Assembly (NCBI RefSeq): GCF_006345805.1
Contig: NC_043005.1
Location: 107,508,001-107,572,000 of the forward strand
Origin: Octopus sinensis
Taxonomy: Eukaryota
DNA: 64,000 nucleotides
Direction: 5' to 3'
The position numbers were made by a program, and so were the translations under genes. The notes beneath the pieces are model-generated. The model searched no databases. It worked only from the letters and a program-made list of their open reading frames with translations, and was not told the origin of the DNA. This document shows positions 1 through 11,718 of the stretch, in pieces (the stretch's first letter is position 1; each line of letters starts with the position of its first letter).

Positions 1-31
1 TTTCTGGCTCTTTCTTCTCCGTTTTCGTTAT

Positions 32-791
32 CTGGACAAGAAATGGAAGGGCTTTACGAACAGGGCAGTTAACTCCACCCCTGACATGCACTGAATTAAA
101 TATTTACAAAATCCTGTTGCATTACACTTTTTCTTCCTTTTAAATTTTCGGCACTTTCTTCACTTTCTTCCTGGTTAGAAACGTCAATGATTCCTGGAAG
201 TAATTTATAAGCCCTGGTCCAGCACTCTACAAAACAAAGTAATAAGTTGCTCTGTTTACTTGTACAGTGTCTTGTATGCCATCTACAAACCTACTGCAAA
301 TGTAGACACTACATCCAAACTGCATTCTCTTACTAATAAGTAATTCGTCAGCCATATAATACCCTAAATCCCAGAACTCCAATCTTGCTCTTCACCTACT
401 TAAATTGTTTCAGATCTAAAAAGATAAAAAATGCACCTGAAAATCGACAACCGCGCCACCTCACTGTCCAGAAATCTCCATTAGTGTTGCAGTTTCTGTG
501 CTAGATAGCACATTACCAGTCGTAGCAGATGTTATTGGCAGGAGATGTTAGTAGAAGATGAAACTTCATACGTTCTACTCCCTCCTAGAAAAATCGTGAG
601 AGTAAACTATTCAATGGAGAGAGAAAAAAATAACAAATAAAAAGTAACACTAGTAAATGATTACACGTACTAGAGTTGCTGGATACTATATTTTTGCCTA
701 CTCTGCTCGACCTTTTGTGTATATTTAATTCAGTGCATGTTGGGATGAAGTTAACTGCCCTGTTCGCAATGTCCTTTCATTTCTTATCCAG
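32..791. mobile_element. Foldback/MITE-like element with ~80-bp inverted arms (32-111 and 713-791)
   Basis: ctggacaagaaatggaagggctttacgaacagggcagttaactccacccctgacatgcactgaattaaatatttacaaaa is the diverged reverse complement of 713-791. No ORF between the arms and no TSD resolved. Confidence 0.6.
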
Positions 792-1643
792 TTTGATAAA
801 AAGGTAACTTTAAAGAATTGCTAAAGCAGAGACCCATGAACCTATGAGGTGTGGATTGACATGAATTTTCTGGATCCCATCGTTAAGCTTCAGTTATATA
901 CTGACCTTGCCACTACGCTAAATTTCGATATTTAATATATTCCTGTTACAAATTTTCAAAGACAGTAATATTTCTCGGGCAGTAATTTTTTTTCTTTTTC
1001 CTTATGTATTGAACTCTTTCGTTTGTTGCAAATGTCTAAAAATCAGCAATAATGAATTCGGTTTACTGTTTTGAGAGGGTTCATATTTCTTGTAAAATAT
1101 ATGCTATCTAAATATTTTCATTGAAACATCGGAATGTTTTATGAAAAGAAAGAGATGAATGGTACATATTTCATTAACAATTTTCTTCTAGAATGCATGG
1201 AAGTAAGTTGAAATTTTGAATGAAAAAAAATGTCCTATGCACGATGAAGTTTGGAAGCCATTTGATATGTAATAATGGATCAAATCTGAGAAAACGTATC
1301 ACAACTTTCGAAACTTATTAGGTAAGAAATTAAGATCACTAGTGAGTCTCACGAATAATCATGTGTTATCTGCGACAACAAAATATCTTTATCGACTGGC
1401 ACAAACACATATTTACTATCATCATATAACAATACCAGCATTTTCAAATATATAATTGTACACCAAAATCGGTGTACAATTTGTGAAGAGTTCTTCATTG
1501 ATCCGACTATGGAATTGGTCGATAAACTCATAAAAGCTAAAGTAGTTGAAGGTACTAATTCTGTGTTTATAGTAAATTTTTCCATTTTGTTCATGCCACA
1601 ACATATATTTATGCATATTTCGGGATGCAACGAATGCGATATA

Positions 1644-1743
1644 NNNNNNNNNNNNNNNNNNNNNNNNNNNNNNNNNNNNNNNNNNNNNNNNNNNNNNNNN
1701 NNNNNNNNNNNNNNNNNNNNNNNNNNNNNNNNNNNNNNNNNNN
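1644..1743. other. Assembly gap (100 N)
   Basis: Run of exactly 100 N, typical of a scaffolding spacer. Confidence 0.99.
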
Positions 1744-1930
1744 TAAAGAGATTGACACGAGAATAGTATATTGTTATTTTATGTATGCATATATTTCATA
1801 TCATAAAATAGGTAGTATGTTCTGTGAACAGAAGTAAATCAGAAACTTAGAAAAAAACCTATATATTGATAAACAGGCAAACACACACATGTATATGAAT
1901 ATTATATACATACATATATACATATATATA

Positions 1931-1942
1931 TCTATATATCTA

Positions 1943-2009
<67 letters not shown>

Positions 2010-2034
2010 ATATCTATCTATCTATCTATCTATC

Positions 2035-2069
<35 letters not shown>

Positions 2070-2091
2070 ATGTATATATATATATACATAT

Positions 2092-2174
<83 letters not shown>

Positions 2175-2204
2175 TAGATATAGATAGATATATCGATAGA
2201 TAGA
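1931..2204. repeat. Compound microsatellite (TCTA)n-(TA)n-(TAGA)n
   Basis: Directly visible. The two tetranucleotide blocks are reverse complements of each other. Confidence 0.95.
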
Positions 2205-3467
2205 TGCCGAAGCTTGCAGACAATCATATGCATGCATACACAAAACTACTTATTAAAAATATCACTCATAAGTATAAAGAAAAACAACAATGCTAAAAAA
2301 GTACCATACACGAAAGCACCTGTCTGTTTTAGTGTGCACTCCCCATCTACAGATCTGGTTACAGAAAACGAGACACCGTATTCCTCCAAATACATATACA
2401 CATATATACACACAGACAAATAAAGAATTCCACTTTTCCTCTATCTCCTTCCTCAGCCAGCCATCTATCAAGCATTCACTGGATAGAAATTGTCCATTTA
2501 GCACCACTATTACACTCAATTCCTCACTGGACAACGAAGTCAATTATTTCAGCTAAAGAAATATCTTTCTTAAACCCTCTATTATTCATTTCTTTTCATC
2601 TATTTCAGCCGACATACTAATATAAGATACCATTTAGAGTAACAGATTGGACATTGTCAATAGAAATGTTAGGAGAAAATAGAGGAAATACAGGCTTTTT
2701 ATCTTTTTTTTTTACAATACTTTCATAATTTTCTAAAGAACCAAAATGATCTCGAAAAAGAATAAGAAAAATATAATACAAGATTGTAGACGACTCTATG
2801 TTTATGATATATGTATTATGAATATAACTATCTATAGATGTGTGTATATATGTATTTATGAAGCTATACACACCCACCAAAACGACGCACTCACACACAG
2901 ACACACACATATATATATATACACACATACGCTTACACACATATATCTATATCTATCTATCTATCTATATAAATAGATATATGTATATATAAGAACACAT
3001 ACATACATGTATGCATGTGTACATGCATTTGCTATATTTTCGTTCTGTATATCTGTATGTATCCGTGAAACAATGTCTAGTCTGTCTACGTTACTGTACA
3101 AATGTATAGTAACTAGACATTAAAATACCGCCTCATTAGTTATTTCACTTTTTCACTATTCTTCTCTCTATTAATATGTATATATGTGTGTGTGTGTGTA
3201 TGTTAGTATGTGTATCCATGAATGTATATACAGAGATATACATTCACTCACTCATGAGCTTTTATACATGTATTACTTATATGCAATTGTGTTTCTACAC
3301 ACTCACTCAGATACACATACACACTTATATCTATAAATACACATATACATACATATATACATACACACATATATGTGTGTGTACGTTGTATGTGTATATA
3401 TTTATGTATATATATTAGGTACATATATATGTATATATATATGTATATAATACATATATGTGTATAT

Positions 3468-3507
<40 letters not shown>

Positions 3508-3756
3508 AATATATAAAACGGCCTTGATATTTAAGATGCAAACACACCTGCAAAGACACAAGTGCACCCAGTATACATATACATGTGTGTGCTCGTATGT
3601 TCTTTTATCTATACTTACATCTATGAATAATATATATATATATGTGTGTATACATATATATATATGTATATATATATTTATACATTCATACATACATATA
3701 TACATACACACATACAAACATACATACATACATACATACATACATACATACATACA

Positions 3757-3790
<34 letters not shown>

Positions 3791-4299
3791 CATACTCGTC
3801 AGTTAGTGTGTAAATGTGCCCTTTGTAATTTGGTTATGTCTGTTTATTTGTATCTGAAGAAAAGCTCATAAGGTAATGCTATGATATATTTATTTACTTA
3901 TTTTTATTTTGTCTAAAGTTCGTCCATCCAAATAGAGTTATCATGAATGCATTGCAAATCTGTGCAGCATTATAATTGTAATCTCAGAAAAATGAAACTA
4001 AATAGTGAATGCTGTATTTCCCATTGTCCTTTGTATCATTTATTTGTATAATATTGTTGGTCGTGGTTTTAAGTTGTATTCGCTCTTGCTTGAATCAACT
4101 CAACCATCTGCTTTCTAAATCATAATTTATATTGAATCCAGTATTCTATTGATGTGACCAATTCCAATAAGGGGATAATGCAGTATGTTTGTTCATTCCA
4201 AGACAGCGTATTGCTATTTCAGGCATGCTTCAAAATGTTTTCCTTATATCTATGAAACTGTAACACACAGACTAATGTATGGGGGTACAAACACACACA

Positions 4300-4329
4300 A
4301 TATCTATCTATCTATCTATCATCTATCTA

Positions 4330-4387
<58 letters not shown>

Positions 4388-4420
4388 CCTACCTCTCTAT
4401 CTAGCTATCTACCTACCTAC

Positions 4421-4473
<53 letters not shown>

Positions 4474-4474
4474 A

Positions 4475-4518
<44 letters not shown>

Positions 4519-4580
4519 ATGTGTGTGTGTATATAGCTTTCTATCTCCTTCTCACTCACTCTCTCTCTCTCTCTCATATA
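4300..4580. repeat. Compound microsatellite (TCTA)n/(TA)n/(TG)n/(CT)n
   Basis: Directly visible. Confidence 0.95.
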
Positions 4581-5040
4581 CATATATATATGCGTTTTTA
4601 CAGGCATAGACATACGTATGTATAAAGTATTACTTGATACATTCATATTAATGCATATAAAAGCGCTTAACTACACACACATAGACACACTTTCACCCAT
4701 GTACCAATATATGTATACATATGTGTAGATTTATCTACGTATGTATGCATGCAAGCATGCATGTTTGTATATATACAAGTATGTATATGTGTATGTACAT
4801 GTGTACGTATGTGTGCATGTATGTATAAGAACACTATATTTTAGAATTAGCACACTAATATATAAAATATAAGCATTTCCCATGTTTGTGGTTCTTATCG
4901 TTGGTGACATACTGCATGCACGATAGTTGTTTACGTTTCTGTAAACAATGTACCCATGGCAACGCATTCACATTTCATATTAGCACAATGTTCAAACTAT
5001 ATGTGTGTGTATATACATAAAAGTACTTATGCATAAGCGC

Positions 5041-5099
<59 letters not shown>

Positions 5100-5926
5100 G
5101 CATACGCATATGTACACACACACACACACACACATATACACATATATATAGATGAATAGATATATAATATATAACATATTTTGGTATAATATAATATAAG
5201 CGTTTGTGTGCATCTGTACTTGTCTGGTTGTTTGTCTGTGACTGTGCGTTCGCGCGCGCTCGCATCTGTGTTTCTGGGCGTGTGTGTGTGTATGTAGGAG
5301 TGTTTTCATACACTTTAACTACGAATCGATTGAATTGACAATACGGCAAATATACCATAAATTTCTTTATCACAGACACAATAAAACCGGTATATCGAAA
5401 TCAAGCAATGGAATTGCGATCCATTTGTTCAAACAGCTGTTTCTTCTATTTCTTAAAGCAAACTAAATAAATGACTCCATCTTAATAGGGCTTCAATGAA
5501 TCTAACAGAAATCATTGAAATATTCAAAGCCGTTTATTTAATCGTATAGCTATATTTTAAACTTTGTATAGGAAAACAATAGGGCTTTTGTGTGCGGTAC
5601 AACATTGGTTGCTGTGGGGTTGTGGAAACGTAAATTAGATCCTACAACAAATTTCTGTTGTTTCTGCTTCTATTCTTCTAATATATACCTAAGCAAGATA
5701 CAACAGTAGACTGGCGTGTTACTTCGTGGATTTAAATTAGTATATATGAAAAAACGAACAGGTCATCACCACCGAACATTACCACGCGTACACTCACAAG
5801 CATAAGAGAAGCAAGGGAAAACTCGCACATGCATGCCTCCATGTATACATACACACGCGCACACACACACACACAATCACACACACGCACGCACACACAC
5901 ACCACACACACACAATCACACACACG

Positions 5927-5992
<66 letters not shown>

Positions 5993-6369
5993 GTTCAGCA
6001 AAAATTTAGATTCAGATGAATATGGTACTTCAGTTAAAGGCACCAGAATTTGGTGTGGTATTATCCATATAAATCGAATTTAATTTTTAAAAATTCGATA
6101 TGTGGCTGAAGAGTGCTCTACATTTTAAAACTTACATTGTTTAATTAAATGAAGTAGCATGAAACGATTTTACTACACTACCTTAGGATATCCTTGTTGT
6201 TTATTTGGATATATATATATTGAGGTAGTAATTGTGCGCGGCTGAAGAAGGCCATAGACACACATTATGCATTGTTATAAATCCGTCTAATAAAGGCCCG
6301 TAACATATGTACCGCTGAATCCTTGGCATCAAGTTTTTATTTTGATTAATTTTATATATATATATATGA

Positions 6370-6860
6370 TGGATTTTCTCCTCACAAAGAACAAGTGAGG
6401 GTTCAGTAAAGTAAGGCGTTAATCATGTTCTATGGACACGAATGTGTCCCTTGAGGCCTGCCGGTGCCTTGCAATGCCTTTTGGCAAATGGAACAAGTTG
6501 ACGACTCAGTTTGCCTGAGTGCTTATGTATCATTCAATATGTTTTCCTGTGTGGCCAGCAAGGCCTGCTTTGCTTCGTGCCACAAAACCACAATGACAGG
6601 TAAAGTTTCCATTTAGAGAAGCAGCGTTTTTCCAGCGTGTCTTTATGTTTGCACGAACTTTGCACCGATGATGGAATCGACTTTGCTCAAATCTTTGAAC
6701 TGAGGAGAAGCAAGACTGGCTTCAGGTCCTGTGTTCTGATACTTCGTTTTCCCAGGAAGAAAAGAGACATTTGCATCGCTTCAGATTGACTTTTAGTTTG
6801 TCTCTGAAGTGCGAGAATGGCCTTCCAACTGACCTTCCTGTTGGAAATTGGCCAAAGAGA
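6370..6860 (-). mobile_element. RTE-clade LINE 3' end (post-RT domain, C2H2 fingers, 3' UTR), decayed
   Basis: Minus-strand translation GQFPTGRSVGRPFSHFRDKLKVNLKRCK...WENEVSEHRT*...FEQSR...FTCHCGFVARSKAGLAGHTGKH, then after a frameshift CSIC..HCKAPAGLKGHIRVH. This matches the typical RTE C-terminus (GRP..R.KD.LK, WE, FE..R, terminal zinc fingers). Confidence 0.85.
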
Positions 6861-6894
6861 AATTACACACGCACATACAGACACACATATGTGT

Positions 6895-7315
6895 ATATTG
6901 TTGTTGGAATCCTTTTGTTTCGGGAGACAATGGAGTTGCGCATAAACTAATGCAGTCTGGTTTTACATTGTCCTCTCCAATTTCCTCTCCAGTTTTGCGC
7001 AGGCCTGGGCTAGATGTAAGAAAATCCTAGGTAACCCAATCGTCAGGATTCCTCTATCGACCTTGCTGACGTAATCCAAAGGAGTGCAGAGCATTAAGTT
7101 TGGCACCGGCCTGGTTGAAGGAGCTGCCGGAATAGTGTCGAGTCGAACACTAAACCGCCTACGGGGCTCCACACCGGATTTCTTTGAAGGTTGTCTCCTT
7201 TCTGTAATCCTGGATAGCGGCCTATACTGGGTACTGTCAACCGGAGCCAGCTGAGCCCGGCACAAATGTCAGGTAGGGTCGTCACTCTCTGAAGTAGTGA
7301 AGAAAATCGCTACCC
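6895..7315 (-). mobile_element. Probable RTE 5' UTR / ORF start, abutting the RTE 3' fragment
   Basis: GC-rich ~420-bp block in AT-rich surroundings with RTE-like 5'-UTR features (cagtataggccgctatccagg...aaggagacaacc...ctcctttgga...ggtcgatag). Same strand as the 3' fragment. Family assignment is from recognition only. Confidence 0.55.
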
Positions 7316-7439
7316 ACTATATATGTATGTATATATATATATGCATATTGCCATGCATACATACATATTTCTGTGTACTTTTACGTATATAGACTCACAC
7401 ATATACAAATATATATACATATATATATATGTGTGTGTG

Positions 7440-7740
7440 AGGATGCATCACCTAACGGTTAGAATATGGCACTCTCGATTGCATGATTGTAGTCTCAGCT
7501 GCTGGACAGGGTGGTTGTACTGCATGGTGCGTTTTGTTCTTGAGCAGAACATTTCATCTGACGTTGCTATGCCATCATTTTAACACCTAACATGTGGTAC
7601 TCGGAGACATGTGGTACTGTTCAGATAACGTTGATTTGATGGAGGGAGCGAGCTAATGTAGAGCACGTACATTTAATCACGATAAATAAATAAATTGTGC
7701 AGATTTGTTCAGTAAAAACATTGCAGAACCGTCTTTCTCG
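7440..7740 (+). mobile_element. Old, diverged tRNA-derived SINE
   Basis: Degenerate A-box-like head (cctaacggttag) followed by a tgttcttgagcagaacatttcat core-like motif. Confidence 0.4.
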
Positions 7741-7789
7741 GACTGCGAGTAACTACAATGTATGCCGGTATATATAAACATAAGTGTAT

Positions 7790-8022
7790 GGCGGCGAGCT
7801 GGCTGAATCGTTAGCACGCCGGGCGAAATGCTTAGCAGTATTTCGGCTGCCGTTACGTTCTGAGTTCAAATTCCGCCGAGGTCGACTTTGCCTTTCATCC
7901 TTCCGGGGTCGATAAATTAAGTACTAGTTACGTATTGGGATCGATGTAATCGACTTAATCCGTTTGTCTGACCTTGTTTGTCCTCTCTGTGTTTAGCCCC
8001 TTGTGGGTAGTAAAGAAATAGG
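7790..8022 (+). mobile_element. tRNA-derived SINE, family A (GGCGGCGAGCTGGC.. head), full length
   Basis: A box TGGCTGAATCGTT, B box GAGTTCAAATTCC, tail ...gtgggtagtaaagaaatagg. Multiple near-identical copies in the window. Resembles described octopus OK/OR-type SINEs; exact family name not verified. Confidence 0.9.
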
Positions 8023-8769
8023 TATATATAAATATAAGTTCTCGGAGTGTCAGAACTCGGAATCAGCATTTCTCCTTTGCAATACCGGAGCTCTTAATGG
8101 TGTATAAGTTATGCTTGGTTATAAAAACATTTGGTCGCTTTCTTTTAGTCGTATGTTAACGAAAAATATTTTTTGCGTCATTATTTATCATTCACTATAA
8201 ATGTCAGCTTGTATCATTTTGTAGAAATGCCAAAACATTTCTAATGAGTTTATTTGAATTCAAATTGTATTTATATGGAATTCTTTGCAACAATATGTGA
8301 GAAACTGAGTGGTGAATCAATATGTATGCCAAAATCTGTGGAACCTAGTCTATGTTAGGTATTTTATTATTATATTTAGATGTAATGAGGTTGATTTTTA
8401 ATTTTAAAAAAGACAAAGAGAAATTAGCAGCAGAGATATTTAATATTTGGCATGGAAAAATATTGAAGATATATATAACATTGGATCATAGTCCGATCCT
8501 TTTATCCATGTATATTAGGGGAAATTGTTAATGTCTTCCAATCCTCTTTCTATAGCGGAACGGACTCTTAAAACCCATCTACTTGTGTTGACACTTAGAC
8601 AGACGTTCGAATGACATTCAACTCGGGCATATTTTTAGGTTTTCGTGTCCATCTATACCAGATACAAAATGAACTTGTACATATTGCACGTGTTTGAGTG
8701 GTATAACACAAGAAAGTCCGGATACATGTATATCCATACAGAGAGATAGACAGAAAAGTATATATACAG

Positions 8770-8801
8770 CTAGCTAGATAGCTAGTTACCTATATATATA
8801 G

Positions 8802-8851
<50 letters not shown>

Positions 8852-8878
8852 ATAGACAGATAGATATATAGATAGATG

Positions 8879-8952
<74 letters not shown>
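8770..8952. repeat. (GATA)n microsatellite
   Basis: Directly visible. Confidence 0.97.
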
Positions 8953-9120
8953 AAAACAGACTGACAAAATTTATGATTAAATCGTTCCAGTCTTGAAGAA
9001 TCCGTCCCACTTCCAGGAATAGTAAACAGTGCATTAAGTCTCAATGTGTCTTAAAATTTTAGGGTAGAAAATCTTTCATAGGCACACATATGAACGAACA
9101 TCCACAGAACCCCTTTGGAT

Positions 9121-9226
9121 TCCTCGTTGGCATAATCACCGAACCTGGGGCTTAACTATAATGTGTCCATAGCTCTTACTCAGCATTACCTGATACCTGT
9201 GGGTCTTACTGACACCATTACCTCTC

Positions 9227-9271
<45 letters not shown>

Positions 9272-9721
9272 GTATGTATTTATGTATGTATAAATTAACT
9301 GAATGAGATAAAAGAATCCAAGGCTGTGAAAGATTTCAAAACATTTATAAAGAGAAGGTCTTCAGCTATTTTGGGGATATTTTATATATCCCTTCACATG
9401 AGAGACAGTGCGAGAAAATGTATAAGTAATAGTTATTATTATAGAGAAGATATGAAATACAGAGTGAAGTGGAGGAATAAAGACGCGAGATACGTAAGGA
9501 TATCTCGGAAACTGCTGTAAGACCGTCGCTTTATAAATGTTCTGAAATCTTTCACAGCCTTGGATTTGTTATCTCATTCTGTTAATGTCTTATATATATA
9601 TATACATGCATGCTAATATATGACCTACGTTAGACTCCCCGTTCGCATAATCACCAAACCTGGAGCTTAGCACTTACTCAGCATTACCTTTGGTTCTTCT
9701 TGACAACAATACTTCTCATAA
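9121..9721 (+). repeat. Pair of diverged ~100-bp direct repeats (9121-9229 and 9634-9721)
   Basis: Shared cataatcacc[g/a]aacctgg[g/a]gctta...cttactcagcattacct...ctcataa, each followed by (TA)n. Confidence 0.75.
9290..9590. mobile_element. MITE with ~57-bp TIRs, TA-flanked (Tc1/mariner-type non-autonomous)
   Basis: ttaactgaatgagataaaagaatccaaggctgtgaaagatttcaaaacatttataaag pairs with ctttataaatgttctgaaatctttcacagccttggatttgttatctcattctgttaa. Inserted in TA-rich repeats. Confidence 0.8.
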
Positions 9722-9751
9722 CCTGTATATATATATATATATATATATTAT

Positions 9752-9786
<35 letters not shown>

Positions 9787-9889
9787 GGAGTAAACACATA
9801 AATGTGAAACAAGTTGGAAAAAAAGAGTACTCAAATACCAGTGGTAGAGTAATATGCTTTATTTAAAGCAGCAGAAAATTCAACAAAAT

Positions 9890-9927
9890 CTGTTACTCTG
9901 AGTTTCTCGTTGCCGTTCATCAGACAG
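9890..9927 (-). ncRNA. Minimal type I hammerhead ribozyme motif (minus copy)
   Basis: Reverse complement reads ctgt-CTGATGA-acggcaacga-GAAAC-TC A GA-GTA-acag. Stem I is CUGU/ACAG with further A-U pairs, and stem III ACUC-A-GAGU is quasi-palindromic. Confidence 0.65.
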
Positions 9928-9943
9928 TTTTTTCTAACAAAAA

Positions 9944-9980
9944 CTGTCTGATGAACGGCAACGAGAAACTCAGAGTAACA
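9944..9980 (+). ncRNA. Minimal type I hammerhead ribozyme motif (plus copy)
   Basis: ctgt-CTGATGA(9948-9954)-acg gcaa cga-GAAAC-TC A GA-GTA(cleavage after 9977)-aca. Stem I has 3 bp, and the stem II closing pair is an A:A mismatch. Confidence 0.6.
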
Positions 9981-10028
9981 TTTGTGTTGAATTTTCTGCT
10001 GGTTTAAATAAAGTATATATATATATAT

Positions 10029-10068
<40 letters not shown>

Positions 10069-10861
10069 ATTACTTGAGAGAGAGTTTGGCGTACTATTAA
10101 CAATAGTTGTTTGTAAGACATGATTCTGTAGAGAGTTAAAACGAGTAAATAGTATTACCACAGAACTGAATTTCTTCCCGTTCTCTTTTACTCAGTTAAA
10201 ATATTGTATATAAAACAGAGGTGTAAATATTTGTCCAAACGTACGTTGCTGACTAAAATTTTATTGATATAATCTGCAGTACAAAATAGTACATAGACAC
10301 GCCCACACACGCACATACACGTACACAACATGCATAAATGTATTGTATTGAGTGTGAGTCTGCTTGTTTGGAGTGGCAAAAACGAATTTCAAAACATGTG
10401 CGAGTGATTTCGATAAATTATGCTTTTTTTTTGTCTGAAACTAATAAACAGGTGTAAGTTAACCAATAGTCAACCAGTGCAATATTATCTATTGCTTATC
10501 TTTGTCTTTGACAAACCAAAGTTATGTTCTTTAACATCGCATATCAAGTCTTCGTGTAATCTACCCATATCCCTTTCGAAAAGAACTCAGCTAACCTAGC
10601 TGCTGCTTGCTGTTTTACGGTTCCCGATATATTGGTATAAATAATGAAGAGCAATAAGCAAAATTTATATCGTTTATTTTCACGGGAGCTGGCTAGTTTG
10701 ACGCAACGTTTAAATTAGATAACTGTTGCGGACCAAATATTATTTTCTGGAGATCAGTGAGTAGCGTGTTGACAGATAATAGAGCACAGCTTGAGGGAAA
10801 GAAGAAAACAAGCGTAAAACAATTTGAAACTGCTTGATCCTTTGTTAGTAAATCATCATAT

Positions 10862-11162
10862 ACATCGTGACGTATATTTGCCATTTAAATATGGCTAACC
10901 CCTAAGGGTGGATGCTACTGTAGTTTGAAGCCCCAGGCGGACACCTCCTCCAGCTGGCTATAGACACACTTTCTGTGCCCTATCAGTATTTGCAAAGGTA
11001 AGCCATCCTTCCCGTCTTCAAATTCCCTTTGCAAATACTGATAGGGCACAGAAAGTGTGTCTATAGCCAGCTGGATGAGGTGTCCTCCTGGGGCTACAAA
11101 CTACAGTAGCATCCACCCTTAGGGGTTAGCCATATTTAAATGGCAAATATACGTCACGATGT
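10862..11162. repeat. Near-perfect foldback: 137-bp arms (10862-10998 and 11026-11162), 27-nt spacer
   Basis: acatcgtgacgtatatttgcc...cagtatttgcaaagg pairs with cctttgcaaatactg...ggcaaatatacgtcacgatgt, with only a handful of mismatches. Confidence 0.95.
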
Positions 11163-11502
11163 GTTGCAGCTACTGTTTATAACTCGCTCTATGATTTATT
11201 ATAGCATTAAATACACTTCTAGATTAAAATTTCTTGGAGTATGATTTGCATGAGAGATTACGAAAATGTCTTATAAAATACGGTAACTAAAATACGAACG
11301 TCTCAGATATCTGTGTTTGGATGATATTTTTAGCTGGCTCAAATGACTTCAGTAAATATTAAGCATACATCTGTGTATGTAAATATATCACTTTCATGCT
11401 GAAAATATTAAAGGATACTATTTTGATGACCCGTCCTTAGGTACCTGGATATACCACAAACATTTGGGAAAACTGTGACGTACACAATTGTGTATGTAGG
11501 CA

Positions 11503-11718
11503 AGGCAATGAGCTGGCAGAAACGTTGGCATGCCGGGCGAAATGCTTAGCAGTATTTCGTCTGTCTTTATGTTCTGAGTTCAAATTCCGCCGATGTCGAC
11601 TTTGCCTTTAATCCTTTCGGGGTCGATTAATTAAGTACTAGTTGCGTACTGGGGTCGATCTAATCGTCTTGCTCCCTCCCCCTAAATTTCGGGCCTTGTG
11701 CCTAGAATAGAAAAGAAC
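11503..11718 (+). mobile_element. SINE family A, alternative tail (..cccctaaatttcgggccttgtgcctagaa)
   Basis: A/B boxes and body match the 7790 copy, but the 3' end differs. Confidence 0.85.

Larger units (their letters stand above)
9783..10017. mobile_element. Penelope-like inverted pLTR pair forming a long hairpin (arms 9852-9933 and 9939-10017)
   Basis: Near-perfect inverted repeat with a 5-nt loop. Each arm reads hammerhead core followed by AATAAA, the known layout of Penelope pseudo-LTRs. Confidence 0.75.

Noticed and set aside
6175-6240. let-7-like TGAGGTAGTAATTGTG in a small hairpin
   Set aside because: Only the first 10 nt match, it sits on the 3' arm, and the hairpin is interrupted by (TA)n.
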